The notes: generated by a model from the sequence alone, not told the origin. Positions 43,451 through 53,829 are shown, counted from the stretch's first letter. The stretch is DNA of 64,000 nucleotides from Nostoc sp. DedSLP01 (GCA_034530875.2 JAVRCJ020000015.1:80744-144743); one strand, 5' to 3'. Translations and numbers: made by a program.

Positions 43451-44254
43451 CTACGGCTTATCAAACAAAAGCGGTTCTTTGGCAACATCATCTAAGCGAA
43501 TACTGGTTACCAAATTCTGCCACTGCGTCTGAACTGCGGTATCTTTAGGGTTTTTCTGTTGTAGTTCAGCCAGTGTTGCTAGTGCTTCGTACACTAGTCC
43601 TTTTTGGGCATAGATTGCATAGCGCTTTAGAGGATCTGCGTTTTCTAATTCTTTAGCTGTGGATTGATTGAGGTTAACTCGTTGGATTACACCTTCAACG
43701 TAAGTCCAAGGAGCATTTTTTTCTGGGTCGCAGTTGATACTGAAAAACCAACGATATTCTTTGTTTACTGGCAAGGCGGGAACAGTGTTAGGGAGAGAAA
43801 CGCGTATTACTCCTGGCTTATCTGGTGGAGCGATGGTTGTCCGGTAAATTTCCGTAGAGTCCGTGTTATCTTGCAGCACAAATTCCACAGCATAAGCCAC
43901 ATTTTTAGTATATGGCACATAGAAAAACCAACTTGGGCGTTCTAATGTCGTCTGTGCCCAAACATTAACCACCCCATCAGCTTCCTCTGTATATGGCACT
44001 ATAGCCGTGAGGTCAGGTTTAGCAGCTGGACATGTTTTGTCTCCCCGCGTAGCCCCACCCCGGACGCGTCCTCCAGGATTACCGCGGGGTGGAACTGGTT
44101 CTTTGTCAGAGGGTGGGGTTTGAGCAAGCACCATTTTAGAATGAGAGCGATCGCTAAATCCACCACCAAGACTCGAAGTCTCGCTAACTAGTAAACTGGT
44201 GCAGCTCAAACCTAGTATTAAAAATAGTTTTATCGGTTGTAAATTAGACTTCAT
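43451..44254 (-). CDS. DUF928 domain secreted protein
   Basis: Signal peptide, PGGR..GGATRG..C, T..ERPSWFFYVPY, YRWFFSINC, YA..G..YEAL. Confidence 0.88.
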   Translation of the reverse strand: MKSNLQPIKLFLILGLSCTSLLVSETSSLGGGFSDRSHSKMVLAQTPPSDKEPVPPRGNPGGRVRGGATRGDKTCPAAKPDLTAIVPYTEEADGVVNVWAQTTLERPSWFFYVPYTKNVAYAVEFVLQDNTDSTEIYRTTIAPPDKPGVIRVSLPNTVPALPVNKEYRWFFSINCDPEKNAPWTYVEGVIQRVNLNQSTAKELENADPLKRYAIYAQKGLVYEALATLAELQQKNPKDTAVQTQWQNLVTSIRLDDVAKEPLLFDKP

Positions 44255-44382
44255 AAAAATATCACCTCATAGAATTTTAGATTGGACGCAAGGAATGCGA
44301 AATCGGCACAAGGAGAATAATTATTAACTCCTAACTCCTAACTCACCACTCCCAATACCTAAGCATTTATACTAAAAATTAC

Positions 44383-46695
44383 TTATTTTGTTTTTGAATT
44401 ATAAATTGACAGCAAGCCAAGGGTGACTAGCAAAGACAAAGCCGACGGTACAAAGGGTACCCAAGCTCCGGAAATTAACAGACCTAAGCAAACTATATAC
44501 AGAACGCTAAAAGTCGCACTGATTGCCAATGCTAACCAGGGTAAGGAAAGCTTTCGCCAAGCTAAGATTCCCCCGACTACAGACCAGCCCCAAATCCAGA
44601 TGACCTCCACCCATAGCGACCAAACCCGCAACAATGGACGGCCATTTTCCACAGCACTGAGAATTTGACTAACCATGTGCGCTTGTACCATCACTCCTGG
44701 CATTTGTTCATCCAAGGGAATTCCGTAGGGTGTCGGCCAAGTATCTGGAGAATCGCCTCTTGATATCACACCAATCAAAACAATTCTGTCTTTGACAGCA
44801 TTGGGATTAACGGGACTCGATAAGAATTGCGTTAAGTTGACTTGTTCGGCAATTTCCTTTGAGGAACGGTAGTTGAGCAAAACTTGACCGCCATTGGCAT
44901 CAATATTTTGATAGCCACCACTACGAGGGTTGAGATTTGGAAAAATAGCCTTACCCAACTGTAAATCCTGTTGGGGAGTGAAATGAACTCGAATTCCTGA
45001 AGGTTTTAGATATAGGGATGCTAGTTGTAGACTGAATGAGTAAGAGGTAGAACACAATGATGTTGCCTCTTGGCTCATGAATAGAAGATGGCGACGGATA
45101 ACTCCATCACGGTCGTGAATAAAGTCACTGAATCCGATCTTTGTTGGTGGAATTTCTGGTGGAGGCTCAATACTTCCAATCTTGGCTGTGCCATCGCTGC
45201 CTTTGCATACGCCAATCAAGTTGGCAGTTTTTTGCAGGCGAGAAATTAACTCTGGGTCTTTGGCCTTATAATCTCGGTAGATATCTAAACCGATCGCTCT
45301 CGGTTGGTACCGATTGAGTTTTTCTAAAAGTTTGTTTAGGGATTTTTCGGAAATCGAAGCTCCAATTAAGGACTCACCATTTTTTCTTTGAGTTGCTAGA
45401 TCGCTATCATCTATTGTGATTACCAGCAGTCGGGGATCTATTCCTTCTGGTGGACGCGATCGCATCATCTGGTCATAAGCTTGAATCTCTTGATTTTCTA
45501 ACGCTCCTAGCAATCTCGCTCCCACAACTAAGGCTGTAACTGCCAAAGTGGATAACAAAGCAATGCTAAATCTGCGTTTGATGGACACAGATAAATTCGG
45601 TTTCTCTTCAATTTGTGTAGACCTTAATTCATCCCAAGTCGGCGGTATCTGGGCTGGATTTTGACAAATCACTGGCAGCCAAGTCGCACAAGGAAACCTA
45701 TCTTCAAGTCCTTGCAAGCGTTCCCGTGCTTGGCGCACCGACTGATATAAAGATTCTCCACTAGCATAAGCTTGGAGAAAATACTTTAAAAACTCTTGAG
45801 CAACCTGGTCTGGAACAGGTTCGCGCATGACGATGATTTGAGGAATTTGCAAATCAGCCAATTCTCGCGCTAATCCCAATCCATCACAGGAATTGAATAT
45901 AGCCAGCTGCAAACCATTTTCTATGGCTTTCTTGAGAGCGTACTTTAATTCACCAATAGTGAGACTGTCAGTTTTATTTAGATAAATTCGTCCGCTTTCT
46001 CCATTTCCCTGACTAGAACTATGTCCGGCAAAAAAGAGAATATCCCAGTTTTTTCCCCAAAGATGGTCGGTTAATTCTTTGCGTTGTGGTTCGACAATAA
46101 AGCTAACTTCGGCGTTGTGACATTGTTGCAATAAAACTCGGTCGGCTTGGGTGTCAATTCCTTGACTATTACCGACAATGGCCAAGATGTTGACTAAAGG
46201 ATTGGGGGCGCGTGACTTATGAATGCGATCGTAGGTTGGTGAAGAAAGAGCGATTTCAGCTTTTGGGTAGCGTTCTAATAAATCCCACAAATGCCAGGGT
46301 AATAGCTGCAATTGGCTATTTTCTGTTTGTAAAATTACTCGCACTTCTTCCGTAGAAGACAACCTTTCTAACCATTTTTCCCTTACAGAGCGAAATTCCT
46401 CTGCTTTTAACCAGGTATTAAACCGTGCCCGTAAAATATGAGAAGTGTTCTCGCAGTCTTGGATCATCGATACATTTGTCACCTGCATTTGCTCGGCATG
46501 GAGGCGATAACGACTGCCTATCTGTCGATAGCTAGACTGCCAATGACTGTAATAGAGAGGCATTTCGGGAAATGGAGGTAACTTGCCCGTAATCTCTGTG
46601 GCAGCACGCTCGTGTTCTTCACCAATTTGGAGGGTGACAGCAAATCCTTGCTCAAAACTACCCTCTCCGAATTTCAGAACTACTAACTTACCCAT
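44383..46695 (-). CDS. CHAT (caspase-like) domain + CHASE2 sensor membrane protein
   Basis: FFAGHS and FNSCDG dyad motifs, TM segment, then PRAIGLDIYRD, DGVIRR, PGV..QAHMVSQIL and C-terminal TMs. Confidence 0.88.
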   Translation of the reverse strand: MGKLVVLKFGEGSFEQGFAVTLQIGEEHERAATEITGKLPPFPEMPLYYSHWQSSYRQIGSRYRLHAEQMQVTNVSMIQDCENTSHILRARFNTWLKAEEFRSVREKWLERLSSTEEVRVILQTENSQLQLLPWHLWDLLERYPKAEIALSSPTYDRIHKSRAPNPLVNILAIVGNSQGIDTQADRVLLQQCHNAEVSFIVEPQRKELTDHLWGKNWDILFFAGHSSSQGNGESGRIYLNKTDSLTIGELKYALKKAIENGLQLAIFNSCDGLGLARELADLQIPQIIVMREPVPDQVAQEFLKYFLQAYASGESLYQSVRQARERLQGLEDRFPCATWLPVICQNPAQIPPTWDELRSTQIEEKPNLSVSIKRRFSIALLSTLAVTALVVGARLLGALENQEIQAYDQMMRSRPPEGIDPRLLVITIDDSDLATQRKNGESLIGASISEKSLNKLLEKLNRYQPRAIGLDIYRDYKAKDPELISRLQKTANLIGVCKGSDGTAKIGSIEPPPEIPPTKIGFSDFIHDRDGVIRRHLLFMSQEATSLCSTSYSFSLQLASLYLKPSGIRVHFTPQQDLQLGKAIFPNLNPRSGGYQNIDANGGQVLLNYRSSKEIAEQVNLTQFLSSPVNPNAVKDRIVLIGVISRGDSPDTWPTPYGIPLDEQMPGVMVQAHMVSQILSAVENGRPLLRVWSLWVEVIWIWGWSVVGGILAWRKLSLPWLALAISATFSVLYIVCLGLLISGAWVPFVPSALSLLVTLGLLSIYNSKTK

Positions 46696-46868
46696 GACTG
46701 TCGCTATCCCTCTTCCTGTGCAAAATCACAAACTTCTGATGTCTGATGACAAGCTGCAAAAGCGCGTACAGAACTTTGTTGAAAATTTCAAAAAATTGTT
46801 TTGAATGTTTAATTCATGAATCGATCGCTTAATAAATTACCAACAAAGAGGGAAGATAGCTAGATGTT

Positions 46869-47837
46869 TTAAATCCGGAAATGTTCGGTAATACTAGTAC
46901 CATTCAATGCTACCCTAACGCTAAATTCTTCTTTGGCTTCACCGCGAAACTGTAACTGAACGTAATTGTCCGATCTTCTAGATTGAGCATCTAAAAATAC
47001 TTCTCCAGAACTATCGAGAACTGTCAGATGAACTCCTGGTGGTAAATAGATTTGACTACCAGTAGCGTGTAATTGCAGGAGGACGCTAGTTTGTCCATTC
47101 TTTTCCGGGCTGATTTCTACAATCAACATCACGGGTTGATTGAGAATTTGAATACCCAAATCAATTAGTTTTGCACGTTTAGTAAATGATTCTGGGCGGT
47201 CGAGAGTATTTAGTTCCGCAGTTTCAGGACTACGAAAAGCATAAGCTGGTCTAAGTTCTGGCAGATTCCACAAAGATTCAACACTTTGCCAGCCGGTCTC
47301 AAATATACCTGCAAACCACTGACTCAAATTCACCAGTGACGTGAGTAGAGATTCCCGTAGTTGTGCTATATGGTCGATGAATGCTTCCAATGGTTGCAGT
47401 TGTCTCAAAGGTAGTGTTTCAGTTGCGACGCTAGGCACAAAACCTAGTAACTTCGCTTCTTCAAGCGATTCATCAAATTCAACCACCAAATAACCCACTC
47501 GTTCTTCCCAGGTTTCCGGAGGAATGGAACATGTATGCTGATGTTTGCGAACAGGCCGACACTCCAGACGACCAATTGAGGGTACTTCTAAATCAGCTAC
47601 ATCTGTGCACAGGCGCATAACGGGGTTCCAACTATCGCTAGCTGGGAGATTGGTTGGAATATCCATCATTTCCAAATAATCATTCACCACCCATACAGCT
47701 AGAGTATTCAGCCGCACTTGTTCTGCTTTTTGAGAACTTGGCTGCTCGCTAGCAAATTGCTGGGCAATTCTACGAGCTGTTTTAGAAATTGGCAATGTTA
47801 ATGTGAAATCTTCTAGCTGATAGGTGGAGTTATTCAT
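46869..47837 (-). CDS. DUF1822 family protein
   Basis: LNTLAVWVVNDYL, ADLE...GRLECRP, VNLSQWF..GWQ, A.SR..DNY.QL.F. Confidence 0.88.
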   Translation of the reverse strand: MNNSTYQLEDFTLTLPISKTARRIAQQFASEQPSSQKAEQVRLNTLAVWVVNDYLEMMDIPTNLPASDSWNPVMRLCTDVADLEVPSIGRLECRPVRKHQHTCSIPPETWEERVGYLVVEFDESLEEAKLLGFVPSVATETLPLRQLQPLEAFIDHIAQLRESLLTSLVNLSQWFAGIFETGWQSVESLWNLPELRPAYAFRSPETAELNTLDRPESFTKRAKLIDLGIQILNQPVMLIVEISPEKNGQTSVLLQLHATGSQIYLPPGVHLTVLDSSGEVFLDAQSRRSDNYVQLQFRGEAKEEFSVRVALNGTSITEHFRI

Positions 47838-47979
47838 AAGTCAGTCCCTAACGATCGACGCTGCTATATACATATCGCCCGCATTCACTAAATTTATGCC
47901 ACAAAATAATCATTTTTGAAAAATAGAATTGGGCATTGGGCATTGGGCATTGGGTATGGGGTATGCAAGATGATGAGAG

Positions 47980-48105
47980 AGGTTTAAAACTGAAAGTTTC
48001 AAGTTCAAAGGTTTAACCTTCGAGTTCAAAAGCTCAATGTTTGAGTTCAGATGTTCGCCATTCAAGCTCAAAACTTCAACCCTCAAGTTCGGAGTTTCAA
48101 GGCAT
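47980..48105. repeat. Degenerate 21-bp-period array (6 units) between inverted STRR arms
   Basis: Units such as AAGTTCAAAGGTTTAACCTTC, GAGTTCAAAAGCTCAATGTTT, AAGCTCAAAACTTCAACCCTC; GGGCATT arm on the left, CCCCATGCCGAATGC on the right. Confidence 0.7.
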
Positions 48106-48264
48106 CTACCCCATGCCGAATGCGCGATCGCTATTTTTAAGTTGCAGCATCTTACTCTAGAATTTCAGTTTAAAATAACTAAGTCAATATTCAAACTCAG
48201 GTTTATTTCAGTATCTCAGTTGATAAACACTAAAACTGACGATGCTGGAAATATCAAGCAAAAT

Positions 48265-49305
48265 ATGGCTGCAAAAATCCCGGTCACGGTAATCACAGGC
48301 TTTTTAGGCAGTGGAAAAACTAGCTTAATTCGCCACCTGCTACAAAACAACCAAGGACGCCGCATTGCCGTTATAGTCAACGAATTTGGCGAACTCGGTA
48401 TTGATGGCGAATTGTTAAAATCCTGTCAAATTTGCCCTGAGGATGGTGAAGATGACAGTAATATTTTTGAATTAACTAACGGCTGCTTATGCTGTACCGT
48501 CCAGGAAGAGTTTTACCCGACGATGCAACAGTTGATTAAGCGGCGGGATAGCATTGATTGTATTTTGATTGAAACTTCTGGTTTAGCGTTACCAAAACCG
48601 CTAGTGAAAGCTTTTCGCTGGCAGGATATTCGCAATGCAGCCACCGTGGATGCGGTGATTACTGTAGTTGATTGTGCGGCAGTAGCAGCAGGCACATTTG
48701 CTAGCGATCCAGAGGCGATCGCAGCCCAGCGACAAGCAGATGATAGTATCGAACACGAAACGCCTTTGCAGGAACTATTTGAAGACCAACTTGCGTGTGC
48801 AGATTTAGTAGTGTTGAATAAAACCGACTTGGTAGACGCCGAGACGAAAGCTAAAGTCGAGGAATCTATTAAACAAGAGTTGCCCAGAGTGGTAAAGATT
48901 GTCGAGAGCGATCGCTCTCAGCTTGACGCATCTATATTATTAGGATTCCAAGCCGCAGTAGAAGACAACCTAGATTCTCGTCCCAGCCATCACGACACCG
49001 AAGAAGACCACGACCACGACGAACAAATTACCTCAGCCAATTTAATATTAGATCGTGCCTTTGACCCAGAAAAGCTGCAACAGCAGTTGCAAGTATTAGC
49101 GCAGGAACAAGAAATTTATCGAATCAAAGGCTTCGTAGCAGTACCAAACAAACCCATGCGCTTAGTGATGCAAGGCGTCGGAACCAGATTTGATAAATTT
49201 TACGATCGCCCCTGGCAACCTGAAGAAGCCAGACAAACCCGCTTGGTTTTCATCGGCCGCGATTTAAAATCTTCAGAAATCGAATCCCAACTTGTAGCGT
49301 TATAA
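48265..49305 (+). CDS. cobW: Cobalamin biosynthesis GTPase CobW
   Basis: TGFLGSGKT, VNEFG, NGCLCCTV, ETSGLA, His-rich linker; start MAAKIPV at 48265. Confidence 0.93.
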   Translation: MAAKIPVTVITGFLGSGKTSLIRHLLQNNQGRRIAVIVNEFGELGIDGELLKSCQICPEDGEDDSNIFELTNGCLCCTVQEEFYPTMQQLIKRRDSIDCILIETSGLALPKPLVKAFRWQDIRNAATVDAVITVVDCAAVAAGTFASDPEAIAAQRQADDSIEHETPLQELFEDQLACADLVVLNKTDLVDAETKAKVEESIKQELPRVVKIVESDRSQLDASILLGFQAAVEDNLDSRPSHHDTEEDHDHDEQITSANLILDRAFDPEKLQQQLQVLAQEQEIYRIKGFVAVPNKPMRLVMQGVGTRFDKFYDRPWQPEEARQTRLVFIGRDLKSSEIESQLVAL

Positions 49306-49458
49306 ATGGGCATTGGGAATGGGGAAAGGGGTAAGGGGGAAAGGGGAAAGATTATATTTATTCCTTTTCCCTTTTCCCTTTAACCTTTTCCCCTGCTCCT
49401 TTGCCCCTTGCCTCCCCTGCTCCCCTGCCCCATTCCCCATTCCCCACTTTACAAAACT

Positions 49459-49920
49459 ATGATGATTTCCGAAATATTTAACATTGCAAATCTTTTCGTT
49501 TTGCCTTTTTGGACTTTGATGATTTTATTGCCAAATTGGAAAGTGACGCAGCGAATTATGGCGTCATATTTGCCTTTTGTGCTATTGGCTGGAGTCTATT
49601 TGTATTTCTTTATCAACAGCGTTACGGCAGAAAACGCTCAAGATTTCTCAAATCTTGAATTAGCTAATATTGCTCGACTTTTTGCGGATGAGAAAGTTGC
49701 AGCAGCGGGTTGGGTTCATTATTTGGTGATGGATTTATTTGTCGGCCGCTGGATATATTTGGAAGGTCAAAAAACAGGTATTTGGACAATTCATTCCCTA
49801 GCTTTGTGTTTCTTTGCTGGCCCTTTGGGATTACTATCTCATATCTTGACTGACTTGATATCTAAGAAATTTTTGTCGAAGTCTCAGGAGAATGAAGGCG
49901 TGACAGCAGCAGAATCATGA
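49459..49920 (+). CDS. ABA4-like (DUF4281) membrane protein
   Basis: VLPFW.LMI.LP.W..T, GWVHYLVMDLFVGRW, GP.GLL. Confidence 0.88.
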   Translation: MMISEIFNIANLFVLPFWTLMILLPNWKVTQRIMASYLPFVLLAGVYLYFFINSVTAENAQDFSNLELANIARLFADEKVAAAGWVHYLVMDLFVGRWIYLEGQKTGIWTIHSLALCFFAGPLGLLSHILTDLISKKFLSKSQENEGVTAAES

Positions 49921-50020
49921 ATGCCATCGCTCGGCATATAGTTGAGTAGTAGCAAGCATAGCTGTAATTTGAAGATATTAGCGATGCTATTCCTATGGGC
50001 GGTGTAAAATAATCGAAAAG

Positions 50021-50092
50021 TGGGTGACCTGAGATTCGAACTCAGAACCAGCGGATTAAGAGTCCGATGCTCTACCGTTGAGCTAGTCACCC
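50021..50092 (-). tRNA. trnK: tRNA-Lys(CTT)
   Basis: Minus strand GGGTGACTAGCTCAACGGTAGAGCATCGGACTCTTAATCCGCTGGTTCTGAGTTCGAATCTCAGGTCACCCA. Confidence 0.95.
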
Positions 50093-50156
50093 ACACAAAA
50101 AAATATACTAGCAAACTTCTCATAAATTTGCTAGTGTAACAGCCGAATAAAACCAT

Positions 50157-52400
50157 TTAAACCGGAAGTTTGACAATAAAGGTGGTTTGACCTGCTGCAC
50201 TCTCTACACTAATTGAGCCGCCTAAATGTTTGACCATTTTCTGTACTAATGCCAATTCCAGTCCGGTACCGCTGTGTTTCCAAGGGTCGTGTTTGGCAAA
50301 GTGATAAAAAGGCTCAAAAATCCGTGATACTTCGTTGTCGGTAAGTTCGATTCCAGAATTGGTAATCTTCAGTTCTATGGCATCGGCTATCTGTTCGGCC
50401 GCAACTGTAATCGATTTGCCTGCTGGGGTGTACTTACAGGCGTGGTTGAGTAATTCGGTGACAATCCGCTCTAGGTCTGTGATATCTGTTTCTAAAAGTG
50501 GCAGGGTGCGATCGATAATTAGGTTTAACTGCTGGCGCTGGCAGTTGGCAACATCTCGAAACGTTTCTATGATGGGGCAAAGCCAGGTTTGTAAGTCAAT
50601 GGTGATTAAAGTTGGCGGATTTGGTTCGGCTGCTAAAGATGTGAGCGTAAGTAAGTCGTTAATTAATTTGTTCTCTCGCGCACACTCGTTATGCAATATC
50701 TGTAAAAGCTGCGGAACTATTTCTATATCTAATATTTCTTTTGGCGTAAGGACGCTTTCGAGAGTTTGGGCGGCGAGGCTGATGCTAGTGATTGGCGTCC
50801 GCAGTTCTTGGGAGAGGGTTCTAAGAAATTCGTTTTTTAGTCGTTCGAGTTTTTCTAATTCTTTTACCTGCGCCTGGGTTTTTTGATAAAGTTGTCCTTG
50901 ACGAATAGCGATCGCACATTCATTAGCAATTTGCTGCACTAGCCCCACTTCAAATTCATCAAAGGCTTCTTGTGTTGGTCTTGTCAGCCAAATATTTCCC
51001 ACAATTCCTTGAGTATCAAAAATTGGACAAGCCATTTGAGCAACAACCAATAATTTTGGTTGCCATCCAGGTACAATTTCTAAAAATTGCAAAGGTTGTT
51101 TTTGCAATAGTGGTTGATAAACTTCGGGACGGTCTGCGACTTGTTTGGTCAATCCCAAACACTTGGGTAAATTGGTCGTCGATTCGTAAGTAATATTTAC
51201 TAAAGTTTGGCAGTTGCTATAAAGTTCAATTTGGCAGCGGTCAAGTTTGAGTAACTGGACTAATTCCTGGGTAACTGTCTGCAACACTTGACTTTCATCC
51301 ACGCTATCGCGGATTTGTTCTGTCATCTGTCGCACCAAAGCTTGAAAGTTTCGTACTTGCTGCAACTGATTGATGTGCTTTTGTTTGTGCAAAACCATCT
51401 TGGCTTTGAACTCTTCTAGTTGCTGATGAAGTTCTGCCTGTTGGATGGCAATGCCGATTTGAGTTGCCAGTTGCTTGAGTAAATCGGTTTCTGTTTGCTG
51501 CCATTGACGAGGTTGGTGGCAATGCTGGGCAATCAACAGCCCCCACACCTCTTGTTTAAAGAAAATTGGCACGACTAGATTGGCTCTCACCTGCAAAGAG
51601 GCGAGAAAATTTTCATAGCAAGGATGCAATCCAGCTGTATGAATATCTTCAATAACTTGAATGTAACCTTGGCTATAGTGTTCTTGATATTTGCTATCAA
51701 AGCAGAGATCGCCGATGTTTTTACCCAACAGCGGATCGCTATTAGCCGCAGTTGATTCAGCAATAACTACTCCGCTATTATCACCAGCAAAGCGATAAAT
51801 TAGCACGCGATCGCTCTTTAAAAACTGCCGCAATTCTTGTGTTGTTTGATGCAGAATTGTCTCTAATTCTACAGATTGGTGAATCCTAGAGGCGATCGCT
51901 TCTAATAATTGTTCGCGTTGTGCTTCAATTCCTTGTTCTGCTTGCTTAATATGAGTGATATTAATACTAGTACCAATCAATCGATAAATCCTAGAACTAT
52001 CATCCCGTAATGGAGTCAGAGTTGTACTCCACCAGGTAGGAACTCCCTGCAATTGCAAACATTGTTCGTAAGAAATTGTTTTGCCAAATAGCACGCAGTC
52101 AGTATAACGCTGACGCACTCTAGCAGCATCAATGGGCGAGAGAATATCCTCTGGTTTTTTGCCACGCAGATCGTCTGAGCTAATGCCTAGCAAGCGTTCG
52201 TGAGTGGGATTTAGCGCTACATATCGAAAATCTCCATCCTCTAACACATCCACTACAAATATTGATGCTGCTAGAGAATCGTACATGCTCAGTAGAAACT
52301 GCTCGCTACTACTTTTTTTATCTGCTTCTGTGCCGAAGAGAATCTGAGGAGGTGATAGTTGTGTCAACTCGATAGTTGATTCAGTCGGATTTAGATTCAT
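50157..52400 (-). CDS. PAS-GAF-GAF histidine-kinase-like sensor with CBCR-type GAF and degenerate kinase core
   Basis: PAS (FRYVALNP), GAF with DLCF and HPCY, second GAF, SQELRTP in place of SHELRTP, HATPase; start MNLNPTE at 52400 inferred. Confidence 0.85.
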   Translation of the reverse strand: MNLNPTESTIELTQLSPPQILFGTEADKKSSSEQFLLSMYDSLAASIFVVDVLEDGDFRYVALNPTHERLLGISSDDLRGKKPEDILSPIDAARVRQRYTDCVLFGKTISYEQCLQLQGVPTWWSTTLTPLRDDSSRIYRLIGTSINITHIKQAEQGIEAQREQLLEAIASRIHQSVELETILHQTTQELRQFLKSDRVLIYRFAGDNSGVVIAESTAANSDPLLGKNIGDLCFDSKYQEHYSQGYIQVIEDIHTAGLHPCYENFLASLQVRANLVVPIFFKQEVWGLLIAQHCHQPRQWQQTETDLLKQLATQIGIAIQQAELHQQLEEFKAKMVLHKQKHINQLQQVRNFQALVRQMTEQIRDSVDESQVLQTVTQELVQLLKLDRCQIELYSNCQTLVNITYESTTNLPKCLGLTKQVADRPEVYQPLLQKQPLQFLEIVPGWQPKLLVVAQMACPIFDTQGIVGNIWLTRPTQEAFDEFEVGLVQQIANECAIAIRQGQLYQKTQAQVKELEKLERLKNEFLRTLSQELRTPITSISLAAQTLESVLTPKEILDIEIVPQLLQILHNECARENKLINDLLTLTSLAAEPNPPTLITIDLQTWLCPIIETFRDVANCQRQQLNLIIDRTLPLLETDITDLERIVTELLNHACKYTPAGKSITVAAEQIADAIELKITNSGIELTDNEVSRIFEPFYHFAKHDPWKHSGTGLELALVQKMVKHLGGSISVESAAGQTTFIVKLPV

Positions 52401-52887
52401 GCGAGAGTCCCTGTCTGGTATTACTGACTCATGTAGGCGCTCTCTTGTAGCTATGCCTGTAGTAGATGCACTTAGGCGCCTAAGGCAAAGTGTTGTCAGC
52501 CGTTGCTCATCCAAATTTGGTTAACGAAGGCAGGAGGCAGAGGGCAGGAGGCAGCAGGCCGTTTTTGGAACGAGGATTTATACCCCGTTCCAAAAACTTT
52601 TCGCCTTAAAAGGCGAGGTTTTAGACCCGATTGTTTCGATAATTGTTTACTTACAATTGAGAAATTAAGAAAGCTAGTAGGAGTCAGCTTAACAAATCCT
52701 GCTTTTTGAAGGCGAAAATGCATTGCAGGTAAGTAAAAATTCCCTGATTTTGCACGGTTTTTCAAAATTCTTGCATATACTTAGGTACAGTCATCAAATT
52801 ATATCAATTAAATTCACAATTTTTAATATTGGGCATCGGGCATTGGGCATTGGGGAGTATAAGAGTGGAGTTTAGAGATTCGTCGGT

Positions 52888-53092
52888 GAATATCAAAGGT
52901 TCATCGGTGAATATCAAAGGTTCATCGGCGAATATCAAAGGTTCATCGGCGAATATCAAAGGTTCATTCACGAATATCAAAGGTTCATCAGCGAATATCA
53001 AAGGTTCATCAGCGAATATCAAAGGTTCATCAGCGAATATCAAAGGTTCATTCACAAATATCAAAGGTTCATCGGCGAATATCAAAGACTCA
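52888..53092. repeat. Tandem array of ten 21-bp units between inverted STRR arms
   Basis: Consensus GAATATCAAAGGTTCATCGGC; left arm GGGCATCGGGCATTGGGCATTGGGG, right arm CATGCCCAATGCCCCATACCCCA. Confidence 0.95.
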
Positions 53093-53114
53093 TGCCCAAT
53101 GCCCCATACCCCAT

Positions 53115-53663
53115 TCATCGCAATTTTTTGGCATTGATTCCTGTGAGGATACCAACTATTAGCCAAGCGATCACTAATCCGATGACTTCGCCTAAGAATA
53201 ATTGAGTGAAGCGGTGTAAGAGAATTCCGACAACAGAACCAAAAGGAATGGCAATTGCCCAACTTGCCGAAGAGACAAATATCCATCGCCACAGTACAGG
53301 GAATGGTTGGGAAATTGCTAAACATTGTGTCAACCCGATTCCCAAGCCGCCGAGTCCTCCATAAACGGCGCCATAGAGAATTCTTGTAGGGAGAGACTGA
53401 GTGCTAGGTACAATCCAACCCAAGCTACCAATACCGATGGCAGTGATGATACTCCAACCCAAAAGACTTGACAAAATCCACCGAATACAAAATATGGGTT
53501 GTTTGAGAAGAAAACCTTGGAAAAGTGCGATCGCAAATCCGCCGATAGCTGCTTCTAATATCCCAACATCAGGCTTTTCACCGATTTCTATTAACAACAA
53601 ACTCAATAAAAAACCGCCAAAAGTAGCTAAAGTCCAGAGAAACGTAAAGTTAAATAATGGCAT
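53115..53663 (-). CDS. Hypothetical polytopic membrane protein
   Basis: Gly-rich TM repeats (G..IG..Q..L, W...S..GW). Confidence 0.75.
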   Translation of the reverse strand: MPLFNFTFLWTLATFGGFLLSLLLIEIGEKPDVGILEAAIGGFAIALFQGFLLKQPIFCIRWILSSLLGWSIITAIGIGSLGWIVPSTQSLPTRILYGAVYGGLGGLGIGLTQCLAISQPFPVLWRWIFVSSASWAIAIPFGSVVGILLHRFTQLFLGEVIGLVIAWLIVGILTGINAKKLR

Positions 53664-53829
53664 CGAGGGGACTGGGGACTGGTGACTGGGTACTGGTTAA
53701 ATAGGGTATGGGGCAATACAGTTCAGTTAAGAAATTTATCTGTTAAGGCAGGGAGGGGGAGCAGAGGAGGCAGGGGGAGAGGGAAAGACTTACTGCAAAT
53801 TCCCCTTTGCACCAGTCCCCAGTCACCAG

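Noticed and set aside
50335..50886. 183-aa plus-strand ORF and other short ORFs antisense to long genes
   Set aside because: Shadow frames fully inside well-supported genes, with no motifs
52804..53325. ORFs 52804-53325 (-), 52829-53137 (+) and 31139-31366 (-) as real genes
   Set aside because: They are open mainly because a stop-free 21-bp unit is repeated; one overlaps a real gene; no independent coding evidence
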